A stretch of DNA of 62,034 bases, filler included, from Candidatus Desantisbacteria bacterium CG1_02_49_89 (GTDB taxonomy: Bacteria > Desantisbacteria > UBA1551), in assembly GCA_001871075.1 (NCBI GenBank). It is 5 parts of 5 records of this genome, joined end to end, with 100 filler letters (N's around TTAATTAATTAA, not from the genome) between each part and the next. Parts side by side here need not be neighbours in the genome. Positions count along the whole stretch, not along the records: positions 51,673 to 62,034 come from MNUP01000067.1; 4 more parts are not named here. One strand, 5' to 3'. How positions within the stretch are numbered: position 1 is the first letter of the stretch; every line of letters begins with the position of its first letter. Shown here one piece after another: positions 56,550 to 62,034 of this stretch. The notes under the pieces were generated by a model. The model worked only from the letters and a program-made list of their open reading frames with translations. It was not told the origin of the DNA and did no database searches. The translations under genes were made by a program, and so were the position numbers.

Positions 56550-59500
56550 TTATTTTTCTGAGAGCTTAATATAATCAACTTCAATGGAAACGTCAGGCTC
56601 GGAGCAGGGATCAAAACGCAGGCCGATTATAGTGCCGGCCCAAAGCTCGTTCTCCCGCACATTAAGTTTTATCTCGTGGAATTTATTGTCTCCAGGAATG
56701 TCAAATTGTATGCTCGCGGGCTCGTTCATATCAGGGGTCTGCTTGGTCGCCCAGAATATCTGGGATTTGGCGTCCTTGCTTGCCTTAGCGCTTAGTATCA
56801 TGAAAGGATATTTCTTCGCGGCCGTTTCCATCGGAGGCCCGTTGAACGCGGGGTCGTTGTCCACGGAAAGACCCTTCAAACACCCGCTCTCTATTCTTAC
56901 GTCTGCAAGGCCCATCATTCCGCCCCAACCGTCATCCGCGGTATTGAATTCCCAGACTATCCCGTCCCTCGCCTTCTGCGGCCCGGGGGAATCATATGGC
57001 CCAAGCCCCACATCCACAGGCGCGACGTCAATATGTTCTTTCGGAGCTTTCGTGAACACGTCCCTTATCGCGTCTAAGTAACCAAACCCGAATTCCTTGT
57101 GCGGCTCAATATACGAGCCTTCACCGAACTCGTTCCACGCCTCTATGAACACCATTTTAAGCTTCGGGGATCTCTCGCTTTTGTCAAGAAGGTCTTTCGC
57201 GTCCTGCAGATGCTTCTTGAAATTCTGCGGTGTCCTTCCGCTTAAAACCGTTGTGGCAGGCCCGTGCCACGGCCGGGCGTCCCACCCGCCGCACACAGGC
57301 ACGATGAACTTTATCCTGTCGTCTCCCATATAACCTGCCCAGCTCTCAGCGAACCTTTTCGTATTCTCCTCATAAGGCATCATGCCGAAAACCCAGTTAT
57401 AAGCCGAGACCGCGTCATAGCCTTCATTTACAAGATTGGTAACCTCGCCTTCGTTATAACCGCCTGAGCACGCGACCATATACAGCCCGTTAAAACCGTT
57501 CTCTTTACACAGGTCGCGCATCTTATCGAACGCGGCATTCACTTTCTCCGAGCCCATATCCTCCCTGAACCTCCAGGGGCTGAATATGACCATAACCGGC
57601 TTATTGTCCACTTTCAGGTAGTTATCCCTTTTGAAATAATTGTCGATCCAGAACTTCGTCACATTTCGAAGATCTTTTTCAGACGAAGTGCCTTTCGGGT
57701 TATGGTTCGCCCAGAGCAGGCAGAACTTGAGCTGGTTGCCGTATTTTGATTTGAAAAGCCCGTCCAGGGCGTGCTCAAGAGACCTTGAACCCCTTGACCA
57801 GTACCAGTCGTAAATAAAGAAGGTAACCCCGTGCTCAACGCACCACTTAACATGCCAGTCCGCTACCTCAGGCTCTCCTTCCCTGTACCAGCCAAGCACC
57901 GGCTCCCTTTCAGGATACGGCATTATTTTCTGCCAGCCGTAGTGCACGCCCGGTTTCCAGCCGGGGAAATAATACACCCCGACCTGATAATCGGTTTTCA
58001 CTGCCTGCGGCGCAGGCACGTAATCAGCTTTCGGAAGGTTTAAGGAAGGCAGAAATTCAATGACCGCGTCCCCCTTGATCTCCGGAACACCCGCTCCTTT
58101 TACTGAAACAGACACAGTGTCTTTGATGGGAGAATCAGCCCTGACCTTCCACTCAAACTTTTCCTCATCGTTGAATTCAAGGCCTGAGATCTTCTGGGCC
58201 GGGCCTGAATCAAGCAGCTGGATGCCTTTGGGCAGAGCGATCTTCGCTTCCACATTCTTGACAAACCCGCCCCTGTTATTCACAAGCGCGATGACCTTGC
58301 CGTTGATCCCGGCACGGTTCACCGCTCCGGTAAGCCCGATATATTTCAGTTCCATTTCCGCTGCCTGCGGAACTTCGGGGCAGACCTTTATGTAGTCAAC
58401 CTGCACCGACGCGTCCTTTGCGTCGGTAGGAGTGAAATTCATAAGGTAAAGGCTGCCTGTCCACTTCTGCGCTGCCATCGGAATATTATAAAGGTGCATT
58501 TTTCCATCCGCTTTAAGCGGAATGGAAATCCTGTCCGAACCTGTGCTTGTCACGTAGAACATGGAGCCGTTCGTCCCCTTGTCAACAGCCATCCTGATCG
58601 CGAGATAACCGTTCCCCTTTGTGGCTACATTCAAAGACTGGTTCATAAGCAGAGGGCTTGCTGAAACGGTCTTGAACGAAAGTATCCCGTCCTTCAGCGT
58701 AAGCTTGTCTATGCCTTCTGAGATCTGCCAGTCTCCGGTATCCTTGGTGAAATCGAAGTCCGCCTTCGTGTTCTTGCCAGGAGCTATCTGCACTATCTTT
58801 ATGTAATCAACTTCGTATTCGCACTTGTCGTGAGAATCAAAGCGCATAAGTATTATTTTCTTCTCGTCCTTCCACGCCGGGAAGATCCTGTAGATATGGA
58901 ACTCTTTATCCCCTATAACTGAAAAAGGAGTTTCCTTGCCGGGAGTAAAACCGCCGTATTGCGTTTCAAAGGTATTGGACCAGAAGAACTCGTCGCCCCC
59001 GTCCGAGCTTGCCTTCATCCTGATCTCAATGAACTGCATTGAATTCGCGGGGAATTCAAACCCCGAGCCTGTCAGGAACGGATCCCAGTCCACGGTCTTG
59101 AATTTCAGCATGCCGCCTGACACCTCAACGTCGCTCATATGCCCGTTCGCTGACCATCCTTCCAGATCGCCTTCTTTGTTAAAATTCCATTCAACCAGAG
59201 TTCCGGGTTTTGCCTCTATCACGGGTTTTTCCTCCTTTTTCTCAACTTTCAACTTTGAACTTTCAACTTTTAACTGCGAAGCAGGAGGAGCAGCAGACTT
59301 GTATCGCTCCTCGATCTCCTGCGGAGTAAGGGCGCGGCTGTATATCCTCAGTTCATCCATCAAGCCAGTGAACGCGGGCGTTCCGGCTCCCGGCGCGAAA
59401 TCGCCGATTATCAGGTCACGCTGGGACTGAAAGATCTCGCCTGTTCTGGGCATAGAGCCGGCTTCCTTCCCGTTAATGTAAACGCGCATTGTCTTACCGT

Positions 59501-61403
59501 CATATGTGCCGGCTATGTAGGACCACTCACCGAAATTATAACCTGTTGCGCTGCCCATCCCGCCTGACCATTCTTTTTCCTCAGTAGGGATCTGCCATGC
59601 TATTATATTATCCCCGCCGCATGTAAGCCTGTACCCCTCTTTGCCGCCTGCTACCTTGTTCACTATCTGCTTATCTCCCTGCGGCACGTCTCCCTTTATC
59701 CATACTTCAACCGAGATCTGCGCGGTTGGATTCAGGTCATCCGCGTCAGGGATGATAACGCATGTCTTATTTTCCGCGTTGAATGCGAGAGCCGATCCGG
59801 AAATCCCCTTTGCCCACTCGCCATTCATAACTTCCCCGTCGTGCCCGTTCCCGGACGCATCCCCAGCACTCTCACCGCTTCCCTCGTCAAACTTCCAGTA
59901 ACCTACAAGACCTTTATTTGACACTGATTCACGCTGTTCCTTCTTTTCTTCTTTTTTCTCACTTTTGCCTTTTACATTTTGCACTTTGACTTTTGACTTG
60001 TCCTCTGCTATCGGAACCCCATCTTTCTTGAACAGCTCCACGATCTCCGTGTTACCCAATGCGTAATTATAAATTTTAACCTCATCAATAATGCCGATAA
60101 ATCCCTGGCCTATATGGACCGGCGCTTCGCCCGGGCTCGAACTTCCTTTTCTTTCCGCTTCTTTCATCTCGCCGTTTACCCACATCTGCAGCTTTGCCCC
60201 GTCCCATACCGCGAGGACATGCGACCATCTCTCGACCTGAGGTACGATGTTGGCGGTGCGCGGCTCCCAGGAACCATCAAGGAATACGAAAATGCTGAAA
60301 GGATTACCTTCCTCAGGAGGGTTCACGCGCAGCTGGTATTCTTTTTCCTTCACCACTATCATGCGCCAGCCGTTTATATCCGTGGGAAAAACCCAGGCTT
60401 CTATGGAGATCTCCGCGCCTAACTGCAAGTCCTCAGAGCTGGGTATCTCTACGAATTGTTCTCCTGACACTGAAATGGCTTTGCCGGATTTCCCGTTGAC
60501 CCACTCAGCTCCTGCTACAGCTCCGTCATTCCCCCTGCCTGACGAATCCTTAGCTTCTTCCCCGGCTCCCTCGTCAAACTTCCAATACCCAACCAGTTCC
60601 TTTTTAGACACAGATTTACGCTGTTCCTTCTTTTCTTCTTTCTTTTCAACTTTCAACTTTGAACTTTCAACTTTCAACTGCGAAGCAGGAGGTGCAATCT
60701 TCTTGTATTGTTCCATAAGCTCCTGCTGAGTAAGCGCGCGGTTATATATCTTAACCTCATCAACTATTCCCTCAAAGAATGCCCTTTCGTGCCCTTTAGT
60801 AAAAGTCCCTATGTAAAGGCTATCCGGGGAAGGATTGGCAGCTCCGGGCCTGTCTCCGACCGCTTTTTCCTCGCCGTTAACGAATATATGCATTTTCTTG
60901 CCGTCAAAAGTACCCGCGACAAACACCCACTGGCCCATAGGAACAATATAGCCGTTTGTGGCAATTGAATGGCTCCAGGAAGTGACAGGGACCTGCCATA
61001 CAATAGAGCCCCCGGCAAGCCCAAGCCTGTACCCGTAGGTTGCTTCGCCGAATATGTTATTTATCATATACTTATCGTTCTGGCCCGGAACGTCTGTCCA
61101 GAACCATAGCTCAACCGTGAACTGGTCTGTCGGCGTGAGCGCTTCATTGCCCTGCACCTCAACCGCGCCGCCTTTGAACGAGAGCGCGTTCCCTGAAACA
61201 CCCTTCACCTCTTCCGCGTCAAGCACTGTCCCGTCAAACCCGTTGCCTGACAGGTCAGACACCTGTTCCCCGTCTACCTTGTCGAAGGACCAGTACGCAA
61301 CCAGGCCTTTTTCGGCGGCCTGGCAGTTAAAAGTTGAAAGTTGAAAGTTGAAAGTTAATACCAATACCAAAACTAAATAATACCACAGACTGGATTTTTT
61401 CAT
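56550..61403 (-). CDS. Secreted protein with three LamG domains, beta-sandwich modules and a GH99-like (WbsX-type) domain
   Basis: Three LV.YW.FD...G..DE..IY..AL modules; VYYFPGW, YDWYW, FCLLWANHN, GWDARPW, AWNEFGEGSYIEP. Confidence 0.85.
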   Translation of the reverse strand: MKKSSLWYYLVLVLVLTFNFQLSTFNCQAAEKGLVAYWSFDKVDGEQVSDLSGNGFDGTVLDAEEVKGVSGNALSFKGGAVEVQGNEALTPTDQFTVELWFWTDVPGQNDKYMINNIFGEATYGYRLGLAGGSIVWQVPVTSWSHSIATNGYIVPMGQWVFVAGTFDGKKMHIFVNGEEKAVGDRPGAANPSPDSLYIGTFTKGHERAFFEGIVDEVKIYNRALTQQELMEQYKKIAPPASQLKVESSKLKVEKKEEKKEQRKSVSKKELVGYWKFDEGAGEEAKDSSGRGNDGAVAGAEWVNGKSGKAISVSGEQFVEIPSSEDLQLGAEISIEAWVFPTDINGWRMIVVKEKEYQLRVNPPEEGNPFSIFVFLDGSWEPRTANIVPQVERWSHVLAVWDGAKLQMWVNGEMKEAERKGSSSPGEAPVHIGQGFIGIIDEVKIYNYALGNTEIVELFKKDGVPIAEDKSKVKVQNVKGKSEKKEEKKEQRESVSNKGLVGYWKFDEGSGESAGDASGNGHDGEVMNGEWAKGISGSALAFNAENKTCVIIPDADDLNPTAQISVEVWIKGDVPQGDKQIVNKVAGGKEGYRLTCGGDNIIAWQIPTEEKEWSGGMGSATGYNFGEWSYIAGTYDGKTMRVYINGKEAGSMPRTGEIFQSQRDLIIGDFAPGAGTPAFTGLMDELRIYSRALTPQEIEERYKSAAPPASQLKVESSKLKVEKKEEKPVIEAKPGTLVEWNFNKEGDLEGWSANGHMSDVEVSGGMLKFKTVDWDPFLTGSGFEFPANSMQFIEIRMKASSDGGDEFFWSNTFETQYGGFTPGKETPFSVIGDKEFHIYRIFPAWKDEKKIILMRFDSHDKCEYEVDYIKIVQIAPGKNTKADFDFTKDTGDWQISEGIDKLTLKDGILSFKTVSASPLLMNQSLNVATKGNGYLAIRMAVDKGTNGSMFYVTSTGSDRISIPLKADGKMHLYNIPMAAQKWTGSLYLMNFTPTDAKDASVQVDYIKVCPEVPQAAEMELKYIGLTGAVNRAGINGKVIALVNNRGGFVKNVEAKIALPKGIQLLDSGPAQKISGLEFNDEEKFEWKVRADSPIKDTVSVSVKGAGVPEIKGDAVIEFLPSLNLPKADYVPAPQAVKTDYQVGVYYFPGWKPGVHYGWQKIMPYPEREPVLGWYREGEPEVADWHVKWCVEHGVTFFIYDWYWSRGSRSLEHALDGLFKSKYGNQLKFCLLWANHNPKGTSSEKDLRNVTKFWIDNYFKRDNYLKVDNKPVMVIFSPWRFREDMGSEKVNAAFDKMRDLCKENGFNGLYMVACSGGYNEGEVTNLVNEGYDAVSAYNWVFGMMPYEENTKRFAESWAGYMGDDRIKFIVPVCGGWDARPWHGPATTVLSGRTPQNFKKHLQDAKDLLDKSERSPKLKMVFIEAWNEFGEGSYIEPHKEFGFGYLDAIRDVFTKAPKEHIDVAPVDVGLGPYDSPGPQKARDGIVWEFNTADDGWGGMMGLADVRIESGCLKGLSVDNDPAFNGPPMETAAKKYPFMILSAKASKDAKSQIFWATKQTPDMNEPASIQFDIPGDNKFHEIKLNVRENELWAGTIIGLRFDPCSEPDVSIEVDYIKLSEK

Positions 61404-61513
61404 TGAACCCCCCTTTAAATATGATTGCAGCGATTTTGAAACACGATTGCAGCGATACAGTTACTTACGTAACTCAGGGCTTCAGCCCTGAAATAATGTT
61501 AAATTGTTTATTT

Positions 61514-61811
61514 TTATTTTGAAACTACACAACGAAATCCTTCGCATGTCGTAGGTTCTTTATATACTGTTTTATACCAAGGTCGCATTTTAAATCTTAT
61601 TGCGGAACGGCAATTGTCTGCATTATCTTTCCAACCACCCCCACGCTGAACATATAAACTACCCTGTATTGGTCCCAATGGATTTTGGGCAGGTGAATAT
61701 TTATAATAATCATCATCATAATTATCAGAACAAAATTCTCTAACATTCCCATGCATATCATATATACCCCAAGCATTGGGTTTTTTCTGCCCGACAGGAT
61801 GTGTCATATCT
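61514..61811 (-). pseudogene. FGE-sulfatase C-terminal part interrupted by MITE
   Basis: THPVGQKKPNAWGIYDMHGNV..RGGGW..GFRCV; upstream sequence replaced by the MITE at CTAG 61812. Confidence 0.8.
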
Positions 61812-62034
61812 CTAGTATGGTGTCGCATAAATCCCTTGACATTTGATTCTGCTTTGAGTTGTCATTGCGAGCGACCAAAGGGAGCGTGGCAATCTCGATT
61901 TTTAGGTCGAGATTGCTTCGTCGTTAACACTCCTCGCAATGACAGCCCAAATGTAAAGAACTGTTAGAGACACCACACTAGTATGGTGTCACATAAATCC
62001 CTTGACATTTGATTCTGCTTTGAGTTGTCATTGC
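61812..62034 (+). mobile_element. MITE copies C (61812-61981) and D (61978 onward) in tandem
   Basis: 170-bp unit followed by a second copy sharing the CTAG at 61978-61981. Confidence 0.88.

Noticed and set aside
61514-61700. Second DGR variable region or template repeat
   Set aside because: Normal A-rich codon usage, no AAC runs, and not nucleotide-similar to 16195-16356

Overview
Five unrelated contigs of a bacterial draft genome or MAG, joined by artificial N-TTAATTAATTAA-N linkers (15259-15358, 29955-30054, 41054-41153, 51573-51672), so adjacency across linkers means nothing. Housekeeping content: sugar ABC permeases, tadB/tadC, AmmeMemoRadiSam B-A fusion, birA, coaX, two Zn-dehydrogenases, tRNA-Arg(CCT), ychF-rpsF-rpsR-rplI-dnaB. 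Accessory content: three MNT-HEPN pairs, MazEF, zeta-like ATPase, PIN, RhuM-Fic, a TPR-TM-Ser/Thr kinase, a WD40 protein, two very large LamG-repeat secreted proteins, a c-di-GMP-I riboswitch and a 170-bp CTAG-targeting MITE (4 copies). Most striking observations: (1) small genes (four-helix bundle, two GxxExxY, RAYT) are each bracketed by their own inverted short-repeat arms; empty versions of such arm pairs fill most intergenic gaps, enter coding sequences and collect nested hairpin inserts; (2) both frameshifts in an ~8.5-kb surface-protein gene sit in heptamer arrays; (3) a LacI repressor carries a LamG domain closely related to those of the giant secreted protein next to it; (4) an FGE-sulfatase gene ends in an adenine-depleted tail that looks like a DGR variable region, with no RT or TR visible in the window. 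All calls come from reading motifs by eye; no searches were run.
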